The notes beneath the pieces are model-generated. The model saw nothing but the letters and a program-made list of their open reading frames with translations. It was not told the DNA's origin and searched no databases. Both the position numbers and the translations under genes were made by a program. A stretch of 64,000 nucleotides of DNA from Balanoglossus misakiensis. Its lineage: Eukaryota; Animalia; Hemichordata. The stretch covers positions 2,842,783 to 2,906,782 of the forward strand of contig CM082580.2 of the NCBI GenBank assembly GCA_040954595.2, written 5' to 3'. This document shows, in pieces, positions 1-17,744 of this stretch. Position 1 is the stretch's first letter. Each line of letters begins with the position of its first letter.

Positions 1-22
1 TTGTGAAAATTTCTCTTTGCAG

Positions 23-1872
23 GCAAGTGCAACTGAGGGCGACGGCTATAGTGGTAAAGAGAAACCACATACCAGTTTTGAGAAGTTTGTGGGATTACGG
101 GTTTTGAAAGCGGCAGAGGTAAGTTAATTTATGTGTGTACCATGGCGTCTTCAAGACACCTTCAAGACACTATTTCAGGGAAAAAACCTTCCCATTACAC
201 AAACTCCAGGGTAAAGTGTTGTGACGTTAATGCAAAACGTGTCTCCTGCATCATCACTTTGCAAGACTAGAGACATGATTGAGAATTCAGAGGAGACTTC
301 ATTCACGCAAAGAGCTGTTATAATGGAGGTGAGGGGGTCTTGCATCATAAATAATCATGTAAAATGTTTCTTCAATGAACTTGTGTCTACTCATAGTTCG
401 CTTTAACGTGTATATAAGTGTCTATTATGCATTTCTTCGTAGGAAGCAAGAGCTGGAAGAGTGAGCACTAAGGCTGCATTGTCATACTTGGAGTTAAGTG
501 AGAGAGCTAGACATTATGTTGAAGTTTACTTCAAACTGCCAAGTCGTCTTTACTTCTCATACACACATCTTGTGTGTAGAACAGCGGAACCAGGTGTGTG
601 TAGTTCTCTCTCTCTGACCATCGGAGTCCTTTCTTACCACAGTAACAATTACATTAAAAAAATAATCTCAGACATTCTTTGTATGATGGTTACGACAGCT
701 TGCATTCACACAAATTTGAGCATTTAACACAAAACAGACAAAACCTCTTGTTGGAAGGTTATTTTAAGGTCGAACTTCCCTATAAATAAGGGCCAATAAT
801 GAAAATATGTGAAATTTGGCAGCTATAGGGGCTTTAATCTAGCATGAACGGTGTCATTGACATTAACTTGTTTCTGATGGAAATGTGTTTTTGTTCTCCT
901 CTTTGACTACACAGTAACCTATATTTTCCATCAACTACTTATATATTCATTAGATTCACCAAAGGAGCGAGATGATTTGAGCCATCCAATTCATGCTGAT
1001 AATTGCTGGTTAGATGAGGTTGGACATTGTTACAAAGAAGCCCCAGCATTTACCTGGAGGGATTACAGTGCCATTTTGTATTTAAACAGTGAATTTCAAG
1101 GTGGTGAATTCATCTTCGCAAAGTTCAACAAAACCATTGAAGTAAGTTATTCTTTATATGCAAAGTTTTGATTAAAGCGCCTAGCTCGTCTCACACGCAT
1201 GTTCCAGCTGTAGCCGCTGGTTATATACAGACGTTTAGTGAACAGTCAATCCCATAAGGCAGTGCTCTGTCCTAACAACAGACAAGATGGCGGCGACCAT
1301 AATCTGTGTCGGAGATCATGAAAAGACACCAGCTTGGGTGAAAAGGAGGGACAAAACCAGAATCTACTTATAAGTTATATGGTGCGCATGAAATATGGAA
1401 GGAAGCGAAGGCAGTCCACTATTTGAATGCATCGAATGGAAAATTTGCTGGGAAGTTACGTGCATGCACGTGAGACGATCTATTGCCTTTTATATATGAG
1501 GTACTCCCTATATGAACCTCTTGGAAGATTTATCACTACATCAAGAATGAGACAATGCATGTGTCATTCAAATAAAAGCATCAACAATTGTCTAACAGGA
1601 AGACAGTTAAAGATGCAGTCAGTTGTTTGAATACAGGTGATAGAACTTGGTTAACAGAAATCTTTCTCCTTTTTCAGTCAACTGTACAGCCGAAGTGTGG
1701 ACGACTTGTGAGCTTCTCAGCTGGTAAAGAGAACCTACATGGAGTGAAGGCAGTTCTAGAAGGTCGTCGATGTGCTTTAGCCTTGTGGTTTACACTGGAC
1801 AAAAACCATGATGAAAAAGAGTATGTGACTGCAAGAACCATTATGGATACTCTAGTCCACGATGAACTGTAA
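23..1872 (+). CDS. Prolyl 3-hydroxylase (leprecan/P3H family 2OG-Fe(II) dioxygenase), last 4 coding exons; 5' part lies outside the window
   Basis: Exons 23-118, 443-593, 954-1141 and 1678-1872 have GT-AG borders and join in phase. They encode GDGYSGKEKPHTSFEKF..., LYFSYTHLVCRTA, SHPIHADNC (HxD), RDYSAILYLNSEFQGGEF and ENLHGVKAVLEGRRCALALWFT, ending in the ER-retention signal HDEL*. Confidence 0.93.
1172..1491. mobile_element. Non-autonomous DNA transposon, TTAA-flanked (Kolobok-like), family B copy 1
   Basis: Imperfect TIRs aagcgcctagctcgtctcacacgcatg / catgcacgtgagacgatctattgccttt. A closely similar copy lies at 30564-30841. Confidence 0.7.
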
Positions 1873-1931
1873 GGCTGAACAAGTTTTAAAACAGAATACG
1901 CTTGTGTGGTATAACTTTCACCATAAATTTG

Positions 1932-2157
1932 TTTTGTAGGATATGAGAGTAAAAATCTCGCCAAAATGAATAAACGGTAAACACCGATTATTCATTTTGG
2001 TGAGTTTTTCACTCTCGTGTTTGCAAGTGGGATGGAAGTTGTGTGTGGTTGAACGTTTATTCACTATATATCCACATGTAGAATAACATAAACGGTATCT
2101 TGTATCAAACATAATTAATGGAAAAAGGGCAGCGAGAGAGAGACTTTGTCCCTTTAA
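1932..2157. mobile_element. Fold-back MITE family A, partial copy (right arm)
   Basis: Matches the right half of 47322-47676 and ends ...gactttgtccctttaa. Confidence 0.8.
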
Positions 2158-4067
2158 AAAGCTTTGTTGAAAGGATGACTATAATGCATGCAAGTATCCT
2201 AGGATTGAAGTAAGCGATAAGCTTGGAAATTTGTTGAAGAAAGAAAATTTACCCATGGGGGATTCAAACTCACTCCAACCTCAAATACATTAAAGATAAA
2301 TGGAGTATGTCAGACCCCACTGCAGATGAGTGGTCGGGTCCCCAGTCCCAGTGTATACATGGACTGGGTATGTTAGATGGGATATAATCAATACCTAAAG
2401 TGTTACGACATTTGTGTTGTCCTATCTACAGCTGGTCCTGTAGCAATGGTAAAAAACACATTCACAATATATTTGGGGTAGTGAGTTTAAGTGCTTCATG
2501 GGTTACCTTCTCTGTTGAATTTCTCTCATTTCTCATTCATACTTTGAGCTAAGCTACGTCGAAGCATAATTATATGGCTTTGTCATCAGTAAACATATTC
2601 CAGAGAAATTACCTTCTTCAAATTTTTCGTAGCCTTTCAAATACAGCGAGACCGTTCAATTTATTTGTACTTATTTTTGGTGCTATTTTAGAATATTGGA
2701 TTTACATTTTATGAATAGTTTCATAATTTGTTTGGTATTTTAAAAATGTCTTTGTTTATTTTTTTACTATTTGTTGATTGTAATGCTGTACGGCGTATCA
2801 GTCATTTCAGTTTTCATATAGTATCAAGGCTGTAGCTAAACTTTTAAAAGATACAGAGAAAGAGTTTAATGGTAGACAGAGTTTTTGGTAAGATATCCGA
2901 ATGAACTGGAAGAATGTGACACTGGTCAAAACTCAGTAACTTAAGAACTTCGAAAATTGGTGTGTATTTACTTTATTGAAACTTTATATAGATTTTTTTT
3001 AATTTTGTGGTGATATCAGAAAATGACTATTTTTGATGAATTTTTTTGTCATTTTCCTCATTTTTACTAATTTTAGTCAAATAATTATTTTCTAAAATAA
3101 CTTGCCAATTTCTCAAACAAATCATTTAGGATAGGAAGAGGTGGTTTCTTGAATTTCTTTTCAATTGATATTTTGGGGGCGACTTTTGCCATTTCGGTCA
3201 AAAACTATTTCTCAGATACCTCTACTCTACCCCCATTGCTTTGAAATGAAATTTGATTTGCAGGTTCCTAGGTGTGTTCTCATGGTGATATGCAAACCCT
3301 GTGACAAAAGTTTCAATGTTTTCTGGGGGCAATATCTTGTATTTTGGGGGCATGTTGACCAATTTTGATTAAAAAAACCTATGTTTCTCAGAATGGCTTT
3401 AAAATTTGAGATAATGGGATGTGCTTCTTTAGAACTATAATGGAATCAAATCATAGCTAAATTGGAATTTTTAGATTTTGTAGGACATTGTGTCTTATAC
3501 CTCAAAGAATTTTATATGAAAAAGAGAAATTACCCATACATAGTTTTTTTGCAGTATGGGGAGCCTAAACCCTACTGAGAATTGTAAACACAGCAAATTC
3601 CTACATGTTTATATCTTTGACTAACTGTCTATGTACAGTACACGTCACTGACAGATTATGTCCTGTTGATCTGTCTCTACGTATGTCTATCTGTGTGTCT
3701 GTATGTATTCCAGTGTAGACCTTTTCATGTGTAATCCCTAAATTGGGACCACAGTGTCCTTGAAGCTATGTTCTTTATTATTTTGACATTTTTTTTGTAT
3801 TTTGGCCATTGGCCATTGGTGCTATAATAAACCTTCTTTATATTCTTATTTTTGATGAGTTTTCTCGATTCAACTGTATGTTTGACAGTTTGCTTTGAGC
3901 GACACATAGTGCAGTTTATCTCAGTTTATCAAGTGATTACACCTCAGTACATCTGTTACAGAAAAGTATTCAGCATGGTCTGTCCTATCAGCCAGCTCTG
4001 ATTGGTTTGGTAGAAATAGATGCATATAAATGATTTCTATGATACGTAGAATTTTTTTATTTTATTA

Positions 4068-4250
4068 GGGACTGTTCAGAATTTACTTCCTGGGGGAGGA
4101 TTTTCAGGGAGACCACCCATTTTTCCCAAGAAAAATTTGGGGGGGACCAGACATAAAAATCACAATCCTTTAGGGGGACCATTGAAAAAAATCACTAGGA
4201 AAATAAAAAATCCTCCGGCCCCACCCTGGAAGTAAATTCTGAACAGTCCC
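4068..4250. mobile_element. PIF/Harbinger-like MITE
   Basis: TIR gggactgttcagaatttacttcc / ggaagtaaattctgaacagtccc, flanked by a TTA target-site duplication on both sides. Confidence 0.75.
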
Positions 4251-4557
4251 TTACCTGCCATGTCAGAAGTACAGTAAAACGGTTACAGGATGTCAACAAA
4301 AGTAAACATCCTATTTGATTGTACTCGATGATGCCTTGGCCCTCTATCATCTTGCTGGCTGGCCGGCCGGCCGTGACTTGTTCCACTTTTATAGTGGCTG
4401 CCGTTCACCTGATGATTGCAGACACCAGCTGTCACTCTTATGACATCACTTCCATTGTCAACACTTGGTGCACTCCCATATAAAGAGCACACCCAAGATG
4501 CACTTTGTGTGTACAAGCTACCTCCAATTGGCCAGGTTACATGTGTTTGCTACCAGA

Positions 4558-4750
4558 TAGTCTTGTCCCCTGTCCCATTCCCACTGCTGGCTGCGCTACG
4601 CTAAAAGGAAAGGGGTCAGGTACGGGCCGCCATCTTGGCCAAAAACCTGGTCGGCAAATTATAATGAACCAAAGACCATGTGATGCCTCCAAGCGTCCGT
4701 ACGCCAATGAGAGCCATGTTTACAAAAGCCCGTGCCTGACCCTTTTCCAA
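4558..4750. mobile_element. MITE family D (TAG...CTA termini, Academ-like), truncated copy
   Basis: Homologous to the complete copy at 53809-54059. Confidence 0.6.
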
Positions 4751-6918
4751 GTGCCTATTGGTACATTTGAGGTTTTCTGCAGTGCCTGAGCATTTGGTAA
4801 AACATTTTCTCTTATGAATTGGTAGTCCACTGTATAATTGTCTCTGCACTGCATATGCTGATGTTCTTCATTCTTCGATTCTGTTTTATCTGCCAACTGA
4901 AGGGGTCTGTGCCATGCCTGTCATGTCAAATCACTCACTGGGTCTTGCACTTAAGTTTTGTTAAATACTCTTCAGAATTTCATTTCATATACTTCCTATG
5001 GTTTTATGCTCCCATATCATATGGCAGGGAGGATATTCATATAAACTACTAGTATATGGATTTAAGGGGTGAAACATTTGATTTCTGGGTGGGGGCAGGG
5101 GGAATTGCAATGGCATTTTACACCACTTATGCAAATTTTGATCAAATGGAATACATTCAGAGTGGTTGAGGTTAAAGTTTAACCATGCAAAAGCTTCCTT
5201 GGCTCAGTCCTTGCACCAAGTTGGAATGAAATCGTTCCAGGCACGTCTCAGTAATGGTTCCTGCAGGACACACAGACAGGGCCAGATCTTAAAATTCCAA
5301 GGCCATAAATAGACACAGACACACAAAAAATCTTTGCATAAAACTTGTTGTATACCTTCCTAAAAATATCAAATATACACATTAATTTACCACTTACAAT
5401 AATGCATGCTGGGGAATATGAAAATCAAACAAAAATCTAAATGTACCAGTCACAATTGATTTCAATGCTGTTCCACTACTAAAATTAAACTAATATGTGT
5501 ACATTTTCACAAAATAATAAATCATGTACATGTTGGACTTTTCACTAGTTTTCTCACAAAGATACAGACCTCTTCCACATACTTAATACATGTAATACCA
5601 TTTTAACAAATTTACACAAGAACATCTAGAAACATAGCGTCAAGGACACTGTGGTCCCATTTGAGGTTTACCCAGATATAGGTATACACCAAAATTGCAA
5701 AAAAAATACATATTAGCTCCAAACATACAGGACTTTATGAGATTGACGTAATGTTCATGCATACCAATATTCAAATCAATCTGACCAGTGGTTGTTGAGT
5801 TTCTGAGTTTTGACCAATTTCACATTTTCCCTGCCTATTTGCATATTTTGGCAATGACAACTTCATCTGAACAATATCCCATCTACACACCAAATATCGA
5901 AGGTGATACGTGCAGCGCTTTTCAAGTTATTGATGTGGACGGACATACCTCCATCCACACATACAGACGCAACCGATCTCATAAGGTCCAAGTGGTATAT
6001 ATACATATACCAAATGGGACGTAAAAATGATCCCCTTCCCGATAAATGCTTCAAGCACTATGATTCTATTTAAACTTCTTGTGATATTTTCATTATTTTA
6101 CTTTTTATGTATCAACAACATTTTCTTTATCTGCTCCTTACGCTCTCCCAAAAACAGCCAGTTTTCAGCTCATCAACAAGTAAGGTACTGTAAGGAACAC
6201 TGTTATTTTTGTAAAATTCGGACTTGAATGCAATTTTTGAATAACAATTGCATTATGCACATATGGACTATGTTGAAAAAATACTGGGCATTTAATCCTG
6301 TTTTAAGGAGACAATCAAGAAAACATGGTTGATACACAGAAAAAAATATTGAATAAAAAACAAAAAACAGTTAGAGGTAATGGAGCTTTAAAATACTTTG
6401 TAATATTCAAAGATAATCTGGTCAGAAGTTTAAAGCACAGGTCCTTCACAGACAATCAAAAAATCGTATAATTTATATTTTGAAAGCTTGCAACATCTGA
6501 AAGAAGTGTTCCAATATTTACCATCAGAAGGAAAAAAAAAGAAAAATGTACAAAGCACACATTTACCACCTAGATTTGTCAACTAGAGTTTAAAATGCCA
6601 GTGTACATGATGTTGGGGTGCATAGCACATTAGCACAGTTCACAAACTGGGATCCAGGAAATGGCATGTGATGACCCAGAGTGACCTATGGCCAGACCAA
6701 TCAACAGTGACCAGCAGCACATTTTATCAATGGCTGTCATGGAGACACTGATCACGTTCAACTGATTGGCGAAACTCCTGAGGCAGCAATATTTTAAAAT
6801 TGGTAAAACTTATGTCATACTTCTGCTGATATTCAGACCAATACAATAATAAAAAGTAATAATTATAATTCTGTATTCCGTAGAAGCCTTTCGGATAAAA
6901 TGTCCCATAGGAAAAAAT

Positions 6919-9900
6919 TTAAACTCTGAGAATTTCAAGGCAATTGTTATAACAAATGGCAATCCAGTCGGGCTGTGTGGATGACCATTGGATCTGATTA
7001 ATTTCACCTTCGGCTGTATAGGCAAGGATAGGGTCCTCTATAGCTCTTGGCATCTGTTGGATGTCCCAGATCAATGCTTGATGGTCATCAGCTAGAAGCA
7101 ATCATCAAATAAAAACATGTGTTAACCCTAACGCTGCCAAGTCAGTATGAACTGGTTTGATTTCCAGGGTGCCTAGAATCCTAGCTCCCAGGCCTGTTAG
7201 GCTGCCAAGTGTGTGTTAATCAGTAGGGCCTATACATGACCCTCAGACCAATACAGTACAAACCAGTACGATTTGGTACATTTTTCAGGGGGCTCAGACT
7301 GCCAAGTGTGTCTAAGTACGTATGAGAGCCATGTCAAGACAGTCAAAATACGTTTCAGAAGAAAAAGTGAAAAATACGTATTTTAAGGGACTTGACACTC
7401 TAACCAGATATGACCCCCGGTAGCAATAGGGTTAAAGATGCAAAGCACCATTTTTGAGAGAAGTTTTGGAAACCAAGGGAAACACTGCAGATTAAACTGT
7501 AACACAAAGAACATACGAGTCTTTCCATCCTGTTTGTAGGATATGAGAGTAAATACTCGCCCAAAATGAATAAACGGTAGAGACCGATTATTCATTTTGG
7601 CAAGTTTTCCACTCTCGTGTCTACAAGTGGGATAGAAGTTGTGTGTGGTTGAATGGTCATTCACTACATATACACATTAACATAAACAGTGTGTTGTATC
7701 AAACATAATAAATGGAAAAAGGGCAGCGAGAGAGACGTTGTCCCTTTTATGTAAATATGTCTATTTTGCATTTTTCAAAAGAAATCAGTATCTGTAAAAT
7801 AACACTCATGAACTGTGCATGACTTCAACCATTTTTCTGATGAGAATTGACTTTGTATATGGCCAGAGGCCGTGTAATGCAATAACCTCATTTTAATTAA
7901 TATCACTGTATTAAACACTAAACATACACAACTTATTAACACTTACATCCAATCCCAGACATTTTAAACACCTACCTGCAGTACAGATATGACAGGATGA
8001 GTGAGGTGCCCATGCAATACCATTGACACACGCTCTGTGATTATTCAGCCTGGCAACTGGTGTACATGGTACCCTTACATCTAAGATAATCACCTGAAAT
8101 TGACCACAAATATGAATACGTGTATAGTATCACTTTAATCTGATACAAGTCATTGGTAATGATGTATTTTTTACGTCCATGAATTGGTGCAGCAGCATCA
8201 AACTTAACGCCATTCAATCTTTCTTGAGATATCGTACCAACAGACACACATTGGCACTTTTGGCAGACAAATAAACCGACTGACATCAGTATGAAATACG
8301 CTAAATATATGTGTGTGTGAACACCCAAGGAATGGCAAATACACATGTAATGCTCCAAACCTATAGAGCTGATCATGGCAAAAGAAACTGAAGACTCAGT
8401 CAATGCATCAAGCACCTCATCTGTTTAGCTCATGCACTTGCAATTTGCATAATAAAGAATTCTGGTTACAATAAATGGCTTGTGATATACACCAAAACGG
8501 AGAAATGAACACATGTCAATTGGCAGAGATGATACTAATATCTAGCATGATTGTTACCTCATATCCATCCATGGCCATAGTTGCTAAATAGTTGGGATCC
8601 TGTTTGTTCCACGCTAACCTCAGCAACGGATGATGTTGTGGATCTTCATAGATGATGGTAGAATGTTCCAAATGTCGCAAATCAAACATTCTCACAGAGC
8701 CATCAGCCCCAACTGATGCAAACATGTCTCGGCCGCCGCCTGCCCGGCTGAACGCAATATCATAAACCTGAGAAGAACAAAAATAAAATCAAGGACACTT
8801 GTATAACATCAATTTTATGCAACGCAGAGCTATGGACCATATAAGTATAAAAAAAAACAAAGTGACGTAGTTGACTTGAGACAAATAAAGACACACTGTG
8901 GCAATGTCCACTCATGCACATATGATCTAAAATGATATCTGGGTAGTAGGTTACAATTTTTCACTTGTCATACTTTCTATTAAAATGTAGAGAAGTGGCA
9001 ACAAGCAGAACGTAAACTGCAAAAGCATGTAATGAAGGTAAAGGATGTCGCCTATCTCCACAGCTGCATGTAATCACTTTTGATACTTTGTGCAAGTGGA
9101 CAAGGATGTTTGCAGAAAAATGAAATATACAATAGTAAGTACCAAACATGAAACATTCTCATCAGGGCAATTCTTCAAATTCATACATTCACCCTCTCAC
9201 TCCCGCCTGCCTGAATGAGAACACTTACTTCTTTGTCGTGAGCAATAAGCTGTGTTTTCACATGACCTGATACAAGGTTGACTCTTCCAAGCACCTGACC
9301 AGTTTCTAAGCCCCATATTGTGCAAGTTGTATCAATGCTGGATGTGCCAAGCAAATTGGGATCCACTTCATTCCAGTCAAATGATGTCAGTGGTGCACAG
9401 AAATCCGAATTTTTGTTCTGAAATACAATACAAACAAATGAGTGCAGTTAGTAACAGGATATTAACATGAGAACATTAAAATTAGGGCACCCCAACATTT
9501 CTAATTTAAACTGAGGTTTCAACACCTGCTTGTGTAAAGTCTTATCTGGGATCACGAGAAGAAAGGGAAAAGGCGTGGCTGATACAGATGACACAAAGCA
9601 AATGTGGAATGCAGCAAATAAATAAAAATATATTTGGCAGTGACATGGACTTGAAATAACATGTACTGAATAGAGACTACAGAGCAAGGAGTTAAGTTCC
9701 AACGTATGTGTGGTTCCATTAGGATTAGCTTCATCAAATATAATCAATTCAGGAAAAATAGTGAAATTTAGGCCGATTAGAATGGCCTAATCATTTTGAA
9801 GGAAAAAAAATCACCGGTAATTATTGGAGGAGAAATGAAAATGTTTCCACACGAGAATTTTGAGCACTCTATTCTCATTTGTGAGAACACAACCTGATGA

Positions 9901-11481
9901 CCCAGGCTGAGGGGAAACCCAGCTTCAATTGAAATATACTTACATTATTGAGAAGACATTCCAGTCTTGTGTCTGTACTGCCCACTCTCCATACTCTCAA
10001 ATAATCTCCACTGGTGGCAACAAGGTCAGGAAATACACCTTTCTGCTCAAAACAACACACAAATGCACGATGTCAAACTAACAAAATACTCAGACAGAGG
10101 TCATGAGTGGCCCCAATTCAGACAAATCCTCTCTATGGCTGCTGAAACATGCACAAGCAGGTGAAAGGTCCCCTCAAAATTAATAAAGTTTGATTCTAGC
10201 AACCAAACAATCCGTCTTCTATAACAGAGTTCACATTATGACTTCAGGTGATAATCGGTTCTGGTATATCTTCATAGACAGCTTTCTGACTTTACTCACT
10301 TGACTAAGAATGTCATAAATGTATGTGTACTTACACTATCTGGTATCCACATAATCTTTGTGGTTGGGTATGGATGATCAAAAATATTCCTTCCCACAAA
10401 TTCAGATGTTTCTTCCTCCAATGATACAATTTGAACCTTTAGAGAAAAATAAATTGAACTGTTACATTACTGCAGTGACTTCTTGCTTTGAATTCCACTT
10501 TGAAATTCATTCGATCACAGTCCCTCCTGTGGTTCGATCAAGCCATACCGAGGCCGAGGGAGAACCACATGTATGTATGTGACTGTGCGCATTGACCACA
10601 CAGACTGAAGCCTGATGTGTCTGTGCTGTGCACATAAAACTGCATGCAAACCTGTACTGCTAAATGCGGGCAAATTTCCCCCACAATAGTCACGGGTCAA
10701 AGTGACTTGAAGCTGGCCAGTTGAGTGATAAATGCATGTGTCAAAATGGTCAGGGATCTAACTTCCAAGAGACCTAATGCCGTATAGCGTGTACATGTAG
10801 GTGCATATCGACTTACAGCTGGGCCACTAGAAGAAACCATACAAGTGATACAACTACATGTATATGCTGCAATACGTGAAAGTTCCAGCGAACATACTGT
10901 ACATGTAGTCAGCTACAGACTAGAAAAAGGGAATTTCAAATGAGTTTGTTGATTTAAGGGCCTGTGACATAACCTGCGTCCAGAAACTTTATAAGTAAAC
11001 AGAAGAACATAAGTAAAATACACGCACGGTACTACAGATACAATATGGACACGGTGCATGCTCAGCCTTTCAGTTGTCTCTGTGTACACCCATGGTACAC
11101 CGACGTACGTACACATGTTCACTGCAATGATCATGAAATGAACAGGCGGATACATGCGCGCATGGCGATGACAACTCTGTGAAGCAACTAAAACTACCGC
11201 CAAACTGAAACATTTATCCTACGCACCATTTATGTGACAACCCAAATGAATGCAATAATCACGGAATTTACTCAATATGAACTCTACACTTAACTATAGC
11301 TTTACGACGCAACAACGTAAAATGCTACCTTGTTATTATACTCCTCGACGAAGCTGCCAACTGCGAGACGGAACCTTTTGTCCGGTCTCACACTCCAGTT
11401 CATGCTGTAGAGGGTCCATGGTCCTTCGTACTTATAAATCTCCTTGCGCTTGTTGTTCCCAATGGATATAGCAGCCGACAT
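6919..11481 (-). CDS. DCAF7: DDB1- and CUL4-associated factor 7 (WDR68/HAN11), WD40 protein, 7 exons, ~347 aa
   Basis: Exons 11481-11329, 10436-10335, 10042-9944, 9417-9229, 8767-8558, 8093-7976 and 7091-6919 join in phase. Translation runs [51 protein letters not shown]...[15 protein letters not shown]...[11 protein letters not shown]...[14 protein letters not shown], the recognisable DCAF7 sequence. Confidence 0.97.
7122..7435. mobile_element. piggyBac-like MITE, family C copy 1
   Basis: TTAA-CCCT...AGGG-TTAA ends. A second copy lies at 28572-28867. Confidence 0.8.
7523..7747. mobile_element. Fold-back MITE family A, partial copy
   Basis: Right-arm homology to 47322-47676. Confidence 0.75.
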
Positions 11482-11828
11482 TATGATGGAGGCCGACTAG
11501 CTGCGCCAGCTAGCTGTCAAAGGGAGCTCACAATCTTCCCGAATTATCCATTCGGTTAGGAAAAAAAACAAAGATGGCGACAGTAGGATCCCGTTCCCAG
11601 TTAATTTGAAGAGCGCCCTCATTATCAGATTGCATTGCAAGCTGGGCAGGCTAGGCATGGGGCCGGGGTCGCCTTCCCTACATCTGATTTTAATCAGATT
11701 GGGCTGCGACCAGACTGTGCTGCTATTCAGGCTAGTTGCCACTAGTAGCCCATTTTTTACATAATATACAATGTGTTAAGCCTGAAAAATGCTGTGGAAG
11801 ATATATAGCATTTTTTTTATTTACTCAG

Positions 11829-12933
11829 CGCCAATCTCTCGACTGGAAGTCTTCTATGGCAACAGCCAAGACACCTCGGAGGATTCTCACTGATTCTGCA
11901 AAGAGAGAATGTAACAATACATTGGAAGGTAAGAATCTGACAGTGATGAGATAAATAAAAGAAGGATTTGTTGGGACATTGAGTCAGTTTTACGTGCAAT
12001 GAAAGTCAAGCTTCCGCCAAAACAGCTTGTTATGTGTACTTGCAAACGAAGTCACTGATGTTCTCATATTGAAAAAAAAATCGGTGCCTCTCTGCCTGTA
12101 GCCACTTGGACCACGGCAGAAGAAAGGGGAAGTACTGCGATATGCGCGGACATTAAACGAAGATGGAAGCAACTTAACGATACACGAGAAGTCAACACAT
12201 CAGCAGATGCAATATCGCATGAATTCCAAGGTAAAAGTCTTTTAATGATTTTTTTTCCATATTCATTTGCTAATTACTGTACGCATGTTTTCTGCCGAGA
12301 AAAAAGAAAGAAAAATTCTTTCTCTCAGATGTAGTTAACGATGAGCTGGGATCCTCCGTTGCATCCGCGAGGAATCATCCAGGAATACAAGATATACTGG
12401 AGAAGGACAGGAGAAGAAGAATTGTGAGTGTTTAATGCAGGGCTCGTTTTGTTCCTGGAAAGCCGTTCTTTGAATTTGAATTGTTCCAGGAAGTTTGTAA
12501 TCGTCCTGGAAACTCTCTGAAAAATTGATTGACTGCCTGTGGTCCATTGACAAAAATCATATATAGTTACTTTGATGAATTTTAACTGATTTGAAAATGT
12601 GATTTAATGTGATGTGTTGTGGTGTGTGTGTTGTGGTGTGATGTGTTGTGGTGTGATGTAGTGCAGTATGTTGTGATATGTTCAAGCATTGTCTGATCAG
12701 TTTAAGATTTGAATTTCTTTACACAATGACCATGATTTTTACAGTCACGTCTTTGTTTTATATCCCTCCAAGATATTTTGACACGGTGCCCCTGTCGTAT
12801 CCCAGCCAAGAGTTGGAGTACGATGTGACAGGTTTGGAAGAGTACGTTCAGTACGAATTCCACGTTCAGGCGTTCACAACTATCGGTGGAGGTGGACTAT
12901 CGGAAGTTGCTTATCAGTACACTTTGGAAGGAG
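11829..12933 (+). pseudogene. Orphan/degraded fibronectin type III exon cluster (cytokine-receptor gp130/Domeless-like or RPTP-like ectodomain fragment)
   Basis: Splice-bounded segments at 11829-11928, 12102-12230, ~12335-12423 and 12773-12933. The last two join to a full FN3 domain: LTMSWDPPLHPRGIIQEYKIYWRRTGEEELYFDTVPLSYPSQELEYDVTGLEEYVQYEFHVQAFTTIGGGGLSEVAYQYTLEG. The first two give NVTIHWK|PLGPRQKKGEVLRY with apparent frameshifts. No start, transmembrane or terminal exon is visible. Confidence 0.65.
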
Positions 12934-13192
12934 GTGAGTGCATTGGCCATTGGTCTTAATGTCATTTAAGGAGAAAGTACCATAAGTTCAATGTTTCTTT
13001 CGTTTGTTTAACATGCTGTGTATAACGATTTCGAGGACAGTTATTTGCAAGTACGCTTTATAAATCCAGAATTTTGAAAAGCATTAGCAACTTAACAATG
13101 TCGTTGATGGGCATGGCCAATATACTTGTTTCACCTATGAAATGTTTAGTAATGTTTCATATTTTCTTAACGATGCCGAACGGGAGTCGTTT

Positions 13193-17065
<3,873 letters not shown>

Positions 17066-17696
17066 CCTGGTTTTAACTGCTCGAGATACAAGCGTATTGA
17101 CATCCACAGGCACGATTCTGTCCACCTATTGGCGTAAGCTTATGGTAAATAAGACTTGGCTTTGAATAACGTAATGTAGGATTACTTTTACGTGTTATGA
17201 CAACGCAGAAATTCTACACTGTGCATGCAGGTGACGCTGACCACCAATCGGAACTACAACTAGCTGTCCAGAGGACACGTAGCTAGCCTGTTTGTGCGAC
17301 CTCCTAATGGCAAACTTTATACGCAGTTGCACTATCGCTGACCTTTCTGGCAACGCTCTTACTATTTGCTCATATGTTTTATGAACCTTCACAGAGCTTT
17401 TGACAGTGTCTAGTGTTTAGGGCTGTTGATACGGTATTGACTTGCGTGCCTTACGAAATTAGTCTATAGGAAATGCTTTTATAATGGACTATTTTCAGAA
17501 GCCTAAGAGACCCATGGGTTATTTTTTGTATAAAGAACAAACTTTATTTCAAAGACACATGTGTTCTTTGCCAGTAGGTACTTCAAATTGCAGATTTGAA
17601 TCCTACTCTAATACAATGCCATCTGCAACTGATTAAATCTAAAACCGCAGTTCAAATGATACTACAATACTTGTCGTCAAGTTGCTATAGATCTCC

Positions 17697-17744
17697 TCAT
17701 TTGGCTCGATCGCCGGCGTCAATCGGGATACACGTGCCAGTCAC
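17697..17744 (-). pseudogene. Remnant of the last exon of a third SDR paralog
   Basis: The reverse strand reads VTGTCIPIDAGDRAK*, followed by ...atagcaac as in the paralog 2 3'UTR. The upstream part of the exon is missing. Confidence 0.8.

Noticed and set aside
9894-9922. Hammerhead-like core CTGATGA-ccc...ggg-GAAAC in a DCAF7 intron
   Set aside because: There is no partner strand for stem III or an NUH cleavage triplet, and no stem I nearby. It is also antisense to the host gene.
10521-10569. Pseudoknot-like complementarity (tccctc/gaggga and tgtggttc/gaaccaca), considered as an HDV-like ribozyme
   Set aside because: It lacks P1.1, P4 and the J4/2 catalytic C arrangement, so it is more likely a repeat-derived fragment.
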